NCBI GenBank assembly: GCA_963668025.2
Contig: CAXXTH010000009.1
Span: 64,001-128,000 of the forward strand
Source: Candidatus Hydrogenedentota bacterium
GTDB taxonomy: Bacteria; Hydrogenedentota; Hydrogenedentia; Hydrogenedentales; SLHB01
Direction of reading: 5' to 3'
Length of the DNA: 64,000 nucleotides
A program made the translations under genes and the position numbers. The notes below the pieces were generated by a model. That model was given only the letters and a program-made list of their open reading frames with translations, had not been told where the DNA came from and searched no databases. Of this stretch, positions 38,457 to 49,187 are shown one piece after another. How positions within the stretch are numbered: position 1 is the first letter of the stretch; every line of letters begins with the position of its first letter.

Positions 38457-41400
38457 CTATGAAATGCGCTTCTCTAGATATACTGTATTTTTACCCGCTT
38501 CGTCCACTACATATTCGACGGCGTCCATAATCGAGTCGATAATGTACACTCCGAATCCGCTTTCACTCGTGCCGTCAAAAATGGGCGCGGCCACTTCCTC
38601 CCGGAGGAAAGGCTCGCCCCAGTGATCCAGGCGGAAGCGGATGCGATCTTCTGACACCACCGCATCCAAGCTGATGGCTCCGTCTGAGCGGCCTTGATAC
38701 GCATGTTGCATGATGTTCACGGCTGCCTCATTCAGCGCTAATTCTAGCTGGCTGCTGATGTCTTCCTCAATATTTCGCCAGGCGCATGTCTCCCGGATAA
38801 AAGCGCGTATGGCCGCGAGTTCGGCCAAATCGGAGGTCGTATCGAGGTGGAATACTTTGGAGGCGGATAATTTCAATTCATGGTCCACCTGCACGACGAC
38901 GCAGGTGAGATCATCATTAATGGAGCCACGCAAGGCGAAATGAGTGACGGCATCCCGCAGCCCCTGGAGCAGGCCGGAAGGCGAGGAGTCTTGGTTTGCC
39001 TGCATGAAATCAACGAGGCGTTCTTCTCCAAATAGTTCGCCATGTTCGCCACATGCTTCCGTGACGCCATCGGAATAGAACAAGATGATGTCCCCTTCCT
39101 CGATGAGTATGGAGGTTTGCTGGTAGCATTCATTCTCGATGACGCCAATAGGCAAATTGGCATGTTCGAGGAAGATGCACTTGCTGGGGTGGCGCTGGAG
39201 ATGAATCGCCCGCGGATGTCCGCAGTTCACATACGTGAGTATGCGCGCATCGAGATCGAAACGGGCGTATATAAGGGTCACGAATTGTTCTAGAGCAATC
39301 AGGCGTGGTGAAAGCTCGGCGTGAACCTGTTGGACAATCTCAGCCGGTTCAGGAAAATCGGGCCAGCCGCCCAGCAGGCCTTTGCGGGCGAGCAGGCGGG
39401 CCAGCGTCCGCGTGAATGTGTTCTTCGTGGCGGCGCCGACCAGGGCGGCGGTAGTGCCTTTTCCCATGACATCGCCGACGACCACATCGAAGCAGCGTGG
39501 GCCGTGAGAGAGGAAATCATAGAAGTCGCCATCCATATGCTGGGATGGCAGCGAGACCGCGGCTATTTCCGCGCCTTGGACGTCTTGCGGCATATGGCCT
39601 TGCAAAAGCGATTCTTGAATGCGCATGCGTAATTCGCTTTCTTGCGCGCGGGCAATGCGGAGCGCTTCTTCATACGTTTTTCTCTCCGTGATGTCTTGAA
39701 TGGTGCCCAGCATACGCAATGGCGAGCCTTCGGCGTCCGTGGTGACTACTTTGCCCCGGGCGAGTATCCAGCGCCAATCGCCGTTTTTGGTTTGGGCGCG
39801 ATATTCCATTTGGAAAAGACTGCGGTTGCCGGGCTCCTGGCTTGCCCACAGATGCAGCATGACCTCGCCGCGATCTTCCGGATGGGCGGATTGTTCCCAG
39901 GTGCTTATGTTTTCCTGGAGCTCGCCATAAGCATACCCTAATATGGCGGCGTATTGCTCGTCATAAAAGACATGCCCGGTTGCTAGATCCCAGTCCCACA
40001 GGCCTTGCCCGGCGCCCATAAGCGCAAGTTTCAGCCGTTCTTCGCTGATGCGCAGTTCTTCACCCCGGCGCTGGAGTTCCGCTTCCGCATACTTGGCGGC
40101 TGAAATATCCAAGATGATGCCATCAAATATGATTTCATTCTCATTCGCAGGCACGGGCTTGGACGCACCCCGGCACCATCGCATTTCGCCGGAGGGGAGG
40201 ATGAACCGGCCTTCGAAGCTCCAATCCGTTTGGTTGGTGAGTGATTCCTGTATGCTGGTCTGGAATCTCTCCACGTCTTCAGGGTGAATTTCTAGCAGGT
40301 CCCATTTTTGTATGAGCGCTTCTGGCGTTACGCCGAAAATATCGAAACAACGCGGGCTAATATAATAGTAGCCTTTTTCGCCGTTTTTTCGGGCATACCA
40401 TTGGTAGATCACGCCGGGTACATTCTCCGCCAAGGCGCGGAAGCGGGCTTCACTATCCCGCAAGGCTTCTTCGGCTTTGCGGCGCTCGTCAATATCGTGC
40501 CATACGCTTAGCATGGCGCTGCGGCTGCCAATTCGCACCGGAGTGAGTGTTTCTTCTACATAAAATTCCCGTCCATTCAACCCACTGTGAACCCACTCGA
40601 AACGGTGGAAGCCCTGATCGCGGGCTATGGCGATCATATCCGCGGCTTTTTCGATGGACAATACGCCATCGGGCTGGTATTTGGGCGATAAGGTGGCTGG
40701 ACGCCATGAGAGCAGGTCCCGGGCATCCTGGGCTTCTAAGATTTCCAGGGCGGTTTGATTGCAGTCCAAGATGCCGGTCTCATCGAATATGAAGTGCGCG
40801 TCCGAAGAATGCTCGAACAATACGCGGAATTTCTCGTTGGCATATTTCTGTTCCGTGATATCCAGGCCGGTGCCGCGATAACCGATTACTTTTCCGTATA
40901 AGTCAAAAACGGGGCCTCCGCTCGACATCAGCCATATCTCCCGGCCATGAACGGAATTCACCCGATACTCGATGTTGCGAAAAGAATCTCCCTTCGATGC
41001 GAGCTCTAGAAACCAGTGGCTCACACGCTCTGCTTCTTCAGGCGGCATGAATTCAAAGGGTGTCCGCCCAATAAGTTCTTGAGGCGGCAACCCTAGGATG
41101 GACTCGACGCGCGCGGTCAAAAACGTAAAGCGGCCCCAGCTATCCATTTCCCAGATGTATTCGCCCGCAGCATAGGTGATATCGCGGAAGCGTTGTTCGC
41201 TATCGCGCAACGCTTGTTCCGCTTGTTTGCGTTCGGAGATATTACGCACGACGCCCGTCATGAAGAGCCGGCCATCCTCGGTAAACTCCCCTAGAGAGAC
41301 CTCGATAGGGAATTCGCGGCCTTCACAGTTGCACCCGGTCATTTCAAAGCAGTGCCATGTCTGCGTTTTCCTGCCGGTCTCAATGTATTGAAAAAACAGG

Positions 41401-42332
41401 CGGGGATACTGTTCGCGGCTCGCTGTTCCCATGAGTGTAATCAAAGACTGGCCGAGGAGTTCGTACGCCTTATATCCAAAAATGGCTTCCGCCGCCAGAT
41501 TGGCATACACGATTACGAAATGGTCATTTACAGTGATGATGCAATCGGAAGCGGTATCCGCCAGAGTCCGGTAGCGGGTCTCGCTTTGGCGCAAGGCCTT
41601 TTCCACCGCGCCGCGCTCCATGAGGAGCTGCTGCAAGCCTTCATTTGCTTCCGTAAGATCAATTTGGTAGTGAAGCACCGCATCGAAGGCTTTCCGTATG
41701 TGCCGCACCGCCGGGGCGAAAACAAAGAAACCTGAACCGGCTAGAATGAAAAGGAGCACAATGAATGCGCTCAATTCTTGTTTGTGCAGCAGGGCTTTGT
41801 TCTTTTGTGTCTCAATGACATTTTGAATATCGGTTTGGATGAGTGTTTGTTGAAGCGGTTGAATGGCGTTCAGAATCAATTGGATTTGCTGGCGCATTTC
41901 GGCGGGATTACGTATTGGGGCCGCAGTCGGGCGATAGGCGCTGCAAGCTCGTTCTAATTCCTTTGTTTCCAGCTCGATTTGCTGAATAAATCGGTTCATT
42001 TCCGGGCTGAGACTGTTTTTGTGATAGGACAATCGGAGCAAATCCTTGGATGCCAGCCAATCGCCAGCGGCGCTATCGAGAATGGATGCGCCGGGGACTG
42101 GGTCTTCACTGGCCAGGCAGCTAACGGCCGCATCGTTGAGTTCATGAACGAGCAGGATCTGCCGCATAAGCGCTGATGCGACGTAGTCGTGTTTCTGTTC
42201 TTGAGAGAGCCATAGATCAAAGAATGCATATCCAGCAAGGCTGGCTATGGCGATGATGATCAGCGCCATGCTGTATTGAAAATACAAGCCTTTGGTTTGC
42301 ATTTGTCTGGGTGAATCTAATGGTAACGGCAT
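38457..42332 (-). CDS. membrane sensor: multiple PAS domains, SpoIIE/PP2C phosphatase and RsbW-like HATPase
   Basis: 2 TM helices; about 5 PAS/PAC repeats; GDFYD, GDVMGKG, YSDGVTE, DDLT; C-terminal ELALNEA..N...HAY and G.G.Y. Confidence 0.92.
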   Translation of the reverse strand: MPLPLDSPRQMQTKGLYFQYSMALIIIAIASLAGYAFFDLWLSQEQKHDYVASALMRQILLVHELNDAAVSCLASEDPVPGASILDSAAGDWLASKDLLRLSYHKNSLSPEMNRFIQQIELETKELERACSAYRPTAAPIRNPAEMRQQIQLILNAIQPLQQTLIQTDIQNVIETQKNKALLHKQELSAFIVLLFILAGSGFFVFAPAVRHIRKAFDAVLHYQIDLTEANEGLQQLLMERGAVEKALRQSETRYRTLADTASDCIITVNDHFVIVYANLAAEAIFGYKAYELLGQSLITLMGTASREQYPRLFFQYIETGRKTQTWHCFEMTGCNCEGREFPIEVSLGEFTEDGRLFMTGVVRNISERKQAEQALRDSEQRFRDITYAAGEYIWEMDSWGRFTFLTARVESILGLPPQELIGRTPFEFMPPEEAERVSHWFLELASKGDSFRNIEYRVNSVHGREIWLMSSGGPVFDLYGKVIGYRGTGLDITEQKYANEKFRVLFEHSSDAHFIFDETGILDCNQTALEILEAQDARDLLSWRPATLSPKYQPDGVLSIEKAADMIAIARDQGFHRFEWVHSGLNGREFYVEETLTPVRIGSRSAMLSVWHDIDERRKAEEALRDSEARFRALAENVPGVIYQWYARKNGEKGYYYISPRCFDIFGVTPEALIQKWDLLEIHPEDVERFQTSIQESLTNQTDWSFEGRFILPSGEMRWCRGASKPVPANENEIIFDGIILDISAAKYAEAELQRRGEELRISEERLKLALMGAGQGLWDWDLATGHVFYDEQYAAILGYAYGELQENISTWEQSAHPEDRGEVMLHLWASQEPGNRSLFQMEYRAQTKNGDWRWILARGKVVTTDAEGSPLRMLGTIQDITERKTYEEALRIARAQESELRMRIQESLLQGHMPQDVQGAEIAAVSLPSQHMDGDFYDFLSHGPRCFDVVVGDVMGKGTTAALVGAATKNTFTRTLARLLARKGLLGGWPDFPEPAEIVQQVHAELSPRLIALEQFVTLIYARFDLDARILTYVNCGHPRAIHLQRHPSKCIFLEHANLPIGVIENECYQQTSILIEEGDIILFYSDGVTEACGEHGELFGEERLVDFMQANQDSSPSGLLQGLRDAVTHFALRGSINDDLTCVVVQVDHELKLSASKVFHLDTTSDLAELAAIRAFIRETCAWRNIEEDISSQLELALNEAAVNIMQHAYQGRSDGAISLDAVVSEDRIRFRLDHWGEPFLREEVAAPIFDGTSESGFGVYIIDSIMDAVEYVVDEAGKNTVYLEKRIS

Positions 42333-42480
42333 CGGCTACATCCATCCTGTGGCGCTCATCCGTCTGCAGCACGCCGCTCGAACCGGCCAGGACGAAACCT
42401 AGCCCCAAAAAGCGGCAAGCTGATTCACCTCACTAACATATAGCATGATAGGGGGGCAGTTCCAGGCTCTCGTTTTGTTT

Positions 42481-42656
42481 GGGTGTGCGCCACCAAAAGA
42501 GTATTAATGCGTTTTGCAGGGAAAACCGCCTTTCTTTTGTATATGAACATATACACCGTGCGCCTTGCCCGGTAAAAAGGTTCGTATCGCCTTTTGAGCG
42601 CTTCAATATGGCCTGCTGTTTCTTTCACTATCCGCACGTCCCCTTAGCCCGCTTAA
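42481..42656. repeat. left part of a second MITE-A copy (resumes at 44496-44530)
   Basis: Close match to 29111-29207 plus 29389-29465; lacks MITE-B. Confidence 0.88.
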
Positions 42657-44495
42657 GGGCCTGTCGATTAAGCAGCCGCCTCGATAGGGTATATCTCCAC
42701 CGCATCGACAGGAATGCGCCGGGGATGCCGATTCGACGTTATTCGTGGGAAAAAAGCATAGGCTACGGCTCTAGCTGCGGCATGAAGCCCCGCCAGGACC
42801 GTGTTTACGCCAGGATGGCCGCCTTGGGGGAAGCCGGTGGCCATGTTTGCCTTGCGGGCCAGAAGTTTTTTGAGGGTATACGCGGTGCAAATCCAGGACC
42901 AGTCGCACCGGACTTTCTCCAGGCCGCGCCGGGCGAAGCGGCGGATGCCCATGCACGACTTGATGACGCCGAACAATCCTTCGATCCCCGGGGCGCGTTT
43001 CTTGTAGATGGCCCGGCCTTCTTCGGTCTTCATGCGCTCGTCCGCGGCCTCGCGCAGCGGTTCGTGTTCGTCGCGGGTGATGGTCCGGTGCGTGGCCTTT
43101 CCTTTGATGCATTGCCCCGCCAGCGGGCAGCCGGGGCAGGCTTCGCATTGGTAGGTGGCGTATGAAACGCCGTCTTTGTCCGTGCCGTGTTTCGAGGCCG
43201 CCATCTCGTGGCCCATGGGGCAATGGTAGGAGTCGGCTTGTTCGTCGTACACAAATGCGGTGCGGGCGAACTGGCCGCCTTGTTTGGGCAGGCGTTCCAC
43301 CGCTTCTTGGGCCACGGGAAGCGCGGGCTCGGGGCGTTGAGCCGGATTGTCCGCCCCAGAGGCCGAGCGGGTGGGCATGTAGGCCTCTATCCCTTGGGCC
43401 TCAAGGGCTTCGAGCACTTGGCCCGCGGCAAAATTGCCGTCGGCGGCGATTGCGCAAGGCTTCTCGCCCGTAAGGGCTTCAACGGCCTCCACCGCCGGGC
43501 AAACGGCGCTGGCCTCGTCGGAACCCGCCAGCACATCATCATAGAGGATAGCGCCTGTTTGCGCGTCAATCGCGGCCACGGGGGTGTAATTCGGCGCGTA
43601 GCCCCCTTCTTTGTTGGGGGTGATTTGGGAGTCCGGATCGCTCACGGGCACTCGGACGGGTTTGGCGTTCTTGCCATTGTGCTCTTGGGACTTCGCGTCT
43701 CGCCTGCGGGCGGCGTCGAGGGCTTTTTGAAGCTGTTTGCGTTTCGTTTCGAGCCGCGCGATTTCCTGGCTGGCCTTTTCCAACTGTTCCGCAACGTCTC
43801 CATCCGGCTCCATGCCCGCCAGAAACTCGGTTTCAGGAAGGGCTTGGGCATCATTGCGCCGCATTTCCTCCATCCGGCGGTCCAGTTCCCTTATAATCTT
43901 CTCGATGGTCCCGGCCGTGCGCGCCCCGTGGCGGTCGCTGTCGGCCCGCAAACGGGTGCCGTCGATGAGCAATTCCAATAGCGGCTTCTCGCGCTCACCT
44001 AGCAGGAGCTGGGCGATTTGCCGCTTCAACTCGTCGATGGCTTTGGCGTGGCGCACCCGGAATTTGGCGAACGTGGAGTGATCGGGCGTGAACCCTTCAA
44101 GGAACCATATGAAATCCAGGTGCTTGCACGCCGCCATTTCCAGCTCGCGCGACGAACGCACGCGGTGCATCAGCCCGTACAGGATAGCTCCCGCCAGGTA
44201 ATGTGGATGGATCGGCGGCTGGCCAACGCCCACATAGGCAGCCTCCCAAGCGCTCCAATCCAGTTCATCCAAAATCCGTGCGAATATCCGGATGGGCGCA
44301 TCCGCCGGGAGCATCTCGTCCAGATACTGGGGATACAGCACCATTTGATGCCGCTGCGCCTTCGGAGTGGCGAATAGAATGTCTCGTGCGTTCATGTGGG
44401 TTTCCCTGGTGACACCAATAATAAATTCTATTCTACTAGAAATCGAGTTATATGTCTATATAAATTCTACCCCGGCGCACTACATCGACAGGCCC
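42657..44495 (-). mobile_element. IS1182-family element
   Basis: 12-bp TIRs GGGCCTGTCGAT / ATCGACAGGCCC. Confidence 0.85.
42668..44395 (-). CDS. IS1182-family transposase
   Basis: G.PP.HP, SSRELE, PDHST...FR, IDGT, SDPDS, YHCPMG, C..CPL...C, YKKR...IE..FG.IK. Confidence 0.92.
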   Translation of the reverse strand: MNARDILFATPKAQRHQMVLYPQYLDEMLPADAPIRIFARILDELDWSAWEAAYVGVGQPPIHPHYLAGAILYGLMHRVRSSRELEMAACKHLDFIWFLEGFTPDHSTFAKFRVRHAKAIDELKRQIAQLLLGEREKPLLELLIDGTRLRADSDRHGARTAGTIEKIIRELDRRMEEMRRNDAQALPETEFLAGMEPDGDVAEQLEKASQEIARLETKRKQLQKALDAARRRDAKSQEHNGKNAKPVRVPVSDPDSQITPNKEGGYAPNYTPVAAIDAQTGAILYDDVLAGSDEASAVCPAVEAVEALTGEKPCAIAADGNFAAGQVLEALEAQGIEAYMPTRSASGADNPAQRPEPALPVAQEAVERLPKQGGQFARTAFVYDEQADSYHCPMGHEMAASKHGTDKDGVSYATYQCEACPGCPLAGQCIKGKATHRTITRDEHEPLREAADERMKTEEGRAIYKKRAPGIEGLFGVIKSCMGIRRFARRGLEKVRCDWSWICTAYTLKKLLARKANMATGFPQGGHPGVNTVLAGLHAAARAVAYAFFPRITSNRHPRRIPVDAVEIYPIEAAA

Positions 44496-44530
44496 AGCCG
44501 CAGGCTCCCCCTTAGCACCTGGCTTCAGCC

Positions 44531-46023
44531 CTACCAAGTATAGGCATTTTTAACATCCGCTCCATAGTTTTTTGCCCATTCTTTTATGAGGTCTGGGAAT
44601 TGGTTTACGAGCGCGAAGGTGGTCATCAGTTGTAGGAGGCCACGCATGAGGATGGTTGGACCGATGGGATCGGTGCGGCGTCCCATCCATCCTCCACAGC
44701 GTACCACGAGGGCAAACAGCAGGAGCAAGGGCTCCACTTCAGGGTCATCGGGGCATCGCATGGCATGGCATGGCGGACCTTCTCGTACTGCTCGGGCGGA
44801 AGGGAACCGATGGCCTGGAGCCCCAAGTCTTGTTTCATGGTGAGCAGCGCCATGGCGGCCAGCGAATAAAAGACCAGGACTTTGGCGAATTGGTCCGGGT
44901 GGGTGAAATGGCTCTTCTCCACGTCAAACCCGCCGCTCTTAAGCAATTTGAAGTACTCTTCAATGCGCCAGCGCTGCTCGTAGTAGGCGGCCGCCCGCGC
45001 TTGCCGTTCCTGCGTGTCAATGGGAAGGGAGGTGAACAGCAGCCAGCATAGAGGCTTCTCGCCATTGGGCGCTTCGAGTTCGCGGATCACCACCAGATGG
45101 ACGCCCAAGGGCTCCTCAAGAGTAATATTGCGGCGTTCGCCCCGGGTGCAAGGGCGGAAAAAGAATACGCGGCAGGCCCCGATGGACAAGGAGGCCACCC
45201 GTTTGGGGCGGTTTTTCCCGTACGCCACGTGTCCCCGGGCATCAAGCCCAAGGCTTTTGTACGGCCGCATCGGCAGCGACGCGATGAGGCTTGCCATGTC
45301 CACGTCTTCGCCGGTCTCCAGGCGCACGTTGCGGTTGCCGAGGCAGCGAAACACAAAGCCGGCGCCCACCTCGCGGGCGGCCGCCATCGCCAAGACATCG
45401 TCGAATTCCCGATCCGCCACGTGTGTTAGATGGCGGTTCGCCGCCTGGGTGGCCAGATAGCGAATGTGCGTGGCCAGTTGATGCCGATGATTCAACAGCA
45501 GGCGCTGGCGCTCCTCGGCCGTGACGTGCTTGAGCGCGGGGTCGCTGTCATAATCGGCCACCCCCACATCATCCGGCCCCAGGGCGGAAATGACCGTGTC
45601 GTGCAGAACCCCCACAAAGCGTCGCTCATCGAAGTCCCATGCGACACAGGGATGATATTCGTATCCGGTTCCATGATGGTCCCCAATCTCCATCTTCTCG
45701 CTCATGGCGGCATGTTTGGAGAAATCGCACTCGGTAATGTCGTGCAGCACCAATAGGGAAGACCCGCTTGCTTGCTCCAGTACCACTCGCGCCCGCAATT
45801 CGCGCAATTGGCTCACGCTGACGTCCGGGTTGTTGATGAGGTCATACCACGATTTCGATTCCGCCCACGCCGCTTGCTTGCTGCCCGCCGTCTGGCTTGG
45901 CCCCGCGCCCGGCGAGAAAACGAGCCGCGTCACGTGCCGGACCACACAGGCATTGCGTTTTACATGGCCCATGTCAACCAATCTTTCCACCTGCTGGATC
46001 ACCGTATGTTTTTTCTGCTCCAT
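44531..46023 (-). pseudogene. IS4-family (IS50/Tn5-like) transposase, frameshifted near the C-terminus
   Basis: LHDITE, VADREFD, WLLFTS, Y..RW.IEEYFK.LKSG; C-terminal GGW.GR..DP.G...LMRG lies in another frame after CATGG x3 at 44759-44773. Confidence 0.85.
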
Positions 46024-47049
46024 TCTAGCACCTCCTTTTGGCTGGCGGTACTATATAGAAGCGTTATATAAATATTAAAGTATTATTACTGATAAATCCC
46101 GGATATAATGGGAGTGGTACAAAAAATAACCTCCAGCTCAGGGCTTACGCATCTAAATTCCCAGTAAACGTAGAAGGTATTCGGGGTCGAGTGCAGCAGC
46201 GAAGCGCTTGCCCCTGAGGAAATCTTTGTTGGTCTTGTCTTTCTTGAGGAGGTTGAGTGTAATTCTCCTCAAGGAGGCGAGATTCTGGGCGGCGTTTCTT
46301 GTTCGGGCGCGGTTGTCGTCTTCGCGAAAGATAATGTCTAGGCACCAGTGCAAATTGTTTTCCACGCCCCAGTGTCCACGCACGGCGTGGGCGAATCGTC
46401 GTGCGTCGAGGGGCAGGCTGCTCAAGTAGTAGCGCCGCTCGATGGTGTTCTTCCCTTTTTCCTTGCGGATGGACTCGACCATGCCGAAACTCTTGAGGCC
46501 CTTCCAAAGTCCTTTGTCCTCGAACCAGCCCAAGTCGGTGGATTGCCAGTATCGGCGGGTTTCGATGCGGCCATGCCCCTTGTCGATGGTCTGGTGGAAA
46601 TCCATCCGTGTGGCGTCGGCTGTTGGCGCGCACTGGGTGGCGCAAGGGGGAACGGCGTCCTTGAAAAAGGCCTTCACTTCTTCTAGGGCGGTGGCGTGGT
46701 TGCCTTTGAGGGCCAGCACGTAGTCGGCCTGCCGTTGGATAATGTGGGAGGCGATATCCTTCTGGCAGCCCATGGCGTCCAGGGTGACGATGGCTCCCTT
46801 GAGCTTTAAGGCGTTGAGGAGTTTGGGGACGGCGGTGATTTCGTTGGATTTCTCGTCCACCTTGACCTGCCCCAGCGCCAGGCCGTGCTCGCAAGCCCAT
46901 GCGCTGACGATGTAGGGGATGGCCTCCCCCTGATTCAAGGCGCGCCGCAGGGCTTTGCCGTCAATGGCGGCGACCTCATCGCTCAGATTGGGGCAAATGC
47001 CCTACACCCATTGGCCGAAGCACTCCAGGAAGGCATGGGGGTCGAGGGC

Positions 47050-48395
47050 CATAAGCGCTAACCTTATATTGCCTCCATCAAACCACGCAACTGTTGCATT
47101 CGCTTCCTTGGGGGCTCTGCCAGATCTCTCGCGATTTCCCGCCACTGGCTGATGCATTCGGATAATCCAAGCGTCGGATTGACCGCTTGGCGAAGGAGGT
47201 GCAAGGCGAAAGAGAGTTCGCGCCACAAGGAGGCCTCGCGGTAGATATCGTCACAGTGGATATCCCCAGGGGGAAAAAAAGCGCCCCTCATCAACAATGG
47301 CCTGGGCAAGGCAGGAGACAAGCATTTTGCCGTGGAGCCAAGCCTTGGCCGACTCCTCGTCTTCCTTTGGCAAGTGTCCCAATCCCATAATCGACTTCAT
47401 CCGTTTGAAGGCCAACTCCACCTGCCAGCGCGCCCGGTACAACTCGATAACCTGGTGCGGCGATATTGAATCCGGCAAGGATGTGGCCAGTATGACGTAG
47501 CGATGCAGCACAAGCGTTTCGGGATCCAGACTCCGTTGCTTCTTGCTTAGCTCTTTCTTCGCCCGGCGGATGCTTTGCGCGGCGGCTTCCTCGCTCAAAC
47601 GCAGCGCACAGATCCGTAGCGCCAGCTCCTCCTGCCCCTTTGCCTGGCCAATCAGGGCCCAATCACCCACTTCCCCTACCTCTAGAGACGCCACCAATCC
47701 AGCCAGTGGACAGGTGTTCCCTGCGCCATTCCGAAGACTGAAGGCTTTATTCTTAAGACGCGTCAGAAAGTTCCCGTTATGGCCGAGCACATAACGAAAA
47801 CCTTTGAGATGCCCATAAGCACGATCTCCGAGCAATAGGTCGCCAGGCGAGACTCGGAATCGCGCGAAACTCTCTCCAACCTTCGGGCCGGTAATATGAA
47901 ACTCATCGCATTGAAGACCGTATAAACATAGGCTGTAGTGAACGCGCCAGTCCGTTCCCGTGCTTCCCGGTTCGCAGACAACGCTCGCATCCACGACGCG
48001 AACACGGTAATACTCCAGCCATGCAGGCCGAACGCACGGTCCCGCGCGACGTTGAAGTATCTCTACGGCCATCCACCGCAGCCATTCCCCCGAAGCACGC
48101 AACCGCTTAAGAAGTGCCACATCCGACACGGACGCCACATTCCCTTCTCGAGCACGAACGACAGCCTCACGCAGAGAACACCCATCCGCCAAATGGATCA
48201 ACAGCAAGCGCAGGAGCGATTCCGTCGACGATATAGAACGAGGCTTGCGGTGCCACGCGCCCAATTCACGAGCCTTGTCCTCCCATCCAGCAGGGAGAAA
48301 ACGCTGTAAACACTGCCAATTCTCATTCCACGCTGCTTCCATGCACCCAGTATAGAAGATTCGTCAGGAGACATCAAATAAGGTTAGCGCTTATG
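47050..48395 (-). mobile_element. IS4-family element inserted in ISAs1
   Basis: 18-bp TIRs CATAAGCGCTAACCTTAT / ATAAGGTTAGCGCTTATG; 11-bp TSD GGGTCGAGGGC (47039-47049, 48396-48406). Confidence 0.93.
47251..48342 (-). CDS. IS4-family transposase (intact)
   Basis: VVDAS, GDRAY, Y..RWQVELAFKRMKS. Confidence 0.9.
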   Translation of the reverse strand: MEAAWNENWQCLQRFLPAGWEDKARELGAWHRKPRSISSTESLLRLLLIHLADGCSLREAVVRAREGNVASVSDVALLKRLRASGEWLRWMAVEILQRRAGPCVRPAWLEYYRVRVVDASVVCEPGSTGTDWRVHYSLCLYGLQCDEFHITGPKVGESFARFRVSPGDLLLGDRAYGHLKGFRYVLGHNGNFLTRLKNKAFSLRNGAGNTCPLAGLVASLEVGEVGDWALIGQAKGQEELALRICALRLSEEAAAQSIRRAKKELSKKQRSLDPETLVLHRYVILATSLPDSISPHQVIELYRARWQVELAFKRMKSIMGLGHLPKEDEESAKAWLHGKMLVSCLAQAIVDEGRFFSPWGYPL

Positions 48396-48738
48396 GGGTC
48401 GAGGGCGGAAAAGACCCGGTTGAAGGTGTCGTGCGAGGGGATGCCGCCGGGCAATTCCAGGAAGCCCTTCAGCCAATCCTCCCGGAGCCAGCCGAAGCGC
48501 TCCATATCCGAAAAGCTCTCCCCGCCCACGAGGGCTGAGCATAGCCCAATCATCAAGATGTCAATGAAGTTGTGCCTGCGGGTCCGGTCCATGCGGGGAT
48601 CAGGCAGGCCCGCGAAACACTCGATAATAGGCTTGGGCTTGGGCAGGGATTTCTTTTCAGCGGTCATGGGGTGCTCCTTTCATTCATGCGCCGAAGCACT
48701 GTTGACTCTAGTATATAGAATTCTATATATTAAAATCC

Positions 48739-49038
48739 ATGAAGCACACCAAAAAGATGCAAGCATTGCTGGAGCGCATGGCGCAGATTGAGCGGATGGA
48801 GCGCGGAAAGCTCTGTCAAATGGGCGGGCGTCCCCACTTTAACCACCAGAGCTGGGAGAACGAGAAGAACGTGGTTCGCTATGTGCCGGCGCGCGAAACC
48901 GAGTTCCTAAAAGAGGCCATCAATGGCTACCAGGCTTTCATGAAGCTGGCTGAACGCTACGTGGACGAAGTCGTCAAGCAAACCCGCCGTGAGCGCGCAA
49001 AGACCTTCCCCCAAGCGAAAAATCCCAGGCCACGTTGA
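48739..49038 (+). CDS. small ORF inside ISAs1, divergent from the transposase (DUF6788-like)
   Basis: Lies within the TIRs; MERGKL....HQ.W...KN..RYV pattern. Confidence 0.6.
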   Translation: MKHTKKMQALLERMAQIERMERGKLCQMGGRPHFNHQSWENEKNVVRYVPARETEFLKEAINGYQAFMKLAERYVDEVVKQTRRERAKTFPQAKNPRPR

Positions 49039-49120
49039 CAGAAAAAATCATGCACAACAGGATAAATCGACTCTTGAGCACTATTAGATGCGTAAGCCCT
49101 GATTCGTATCTCACTTTTTA

Positions 49121-49149
49121 TTGAAATACGAACTGTACCTACTTATAAT
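49121..49149 (+). promoter_or_regulatory. sigma70 promoter of pntAB
   Basis: TTGAAA-N17-TATAAT. Confidence 0.6.
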
Positions 49150-49187
49150 CTGGCTTCCTATACGCGGGCAACAAAAGGAAATCACTT

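Larger units (their letters stand above)
46153..48667 (-). pseudogene. ISAs1 transposase, split by an IS4 insertion and an in-frame TAG at 47002-47004
   Basis: N-part DPR..., GIPSHDTFNRVF; C-part IDGK, KSNEI, DAMGCQ, HGRIE.R, HW.VEN.LHW.LD..F.ED. Confidence 0.9.
46139..49101 (-). mobile_element. ISAs1-family element interrupted by an IS4
   Basis: Perfect 18-bp TIRs CAGGGCTTACGCATCTAA / TTAGATGCGTAAGCCCTG. Confidence 0.9.

Noticed and set aside
46024-46138. Right terminal repeat of the Tn5-like IS4
   Set aside because: Only a 5-bp match (TGGTA) to the left end was found, so element boundaries are not called.
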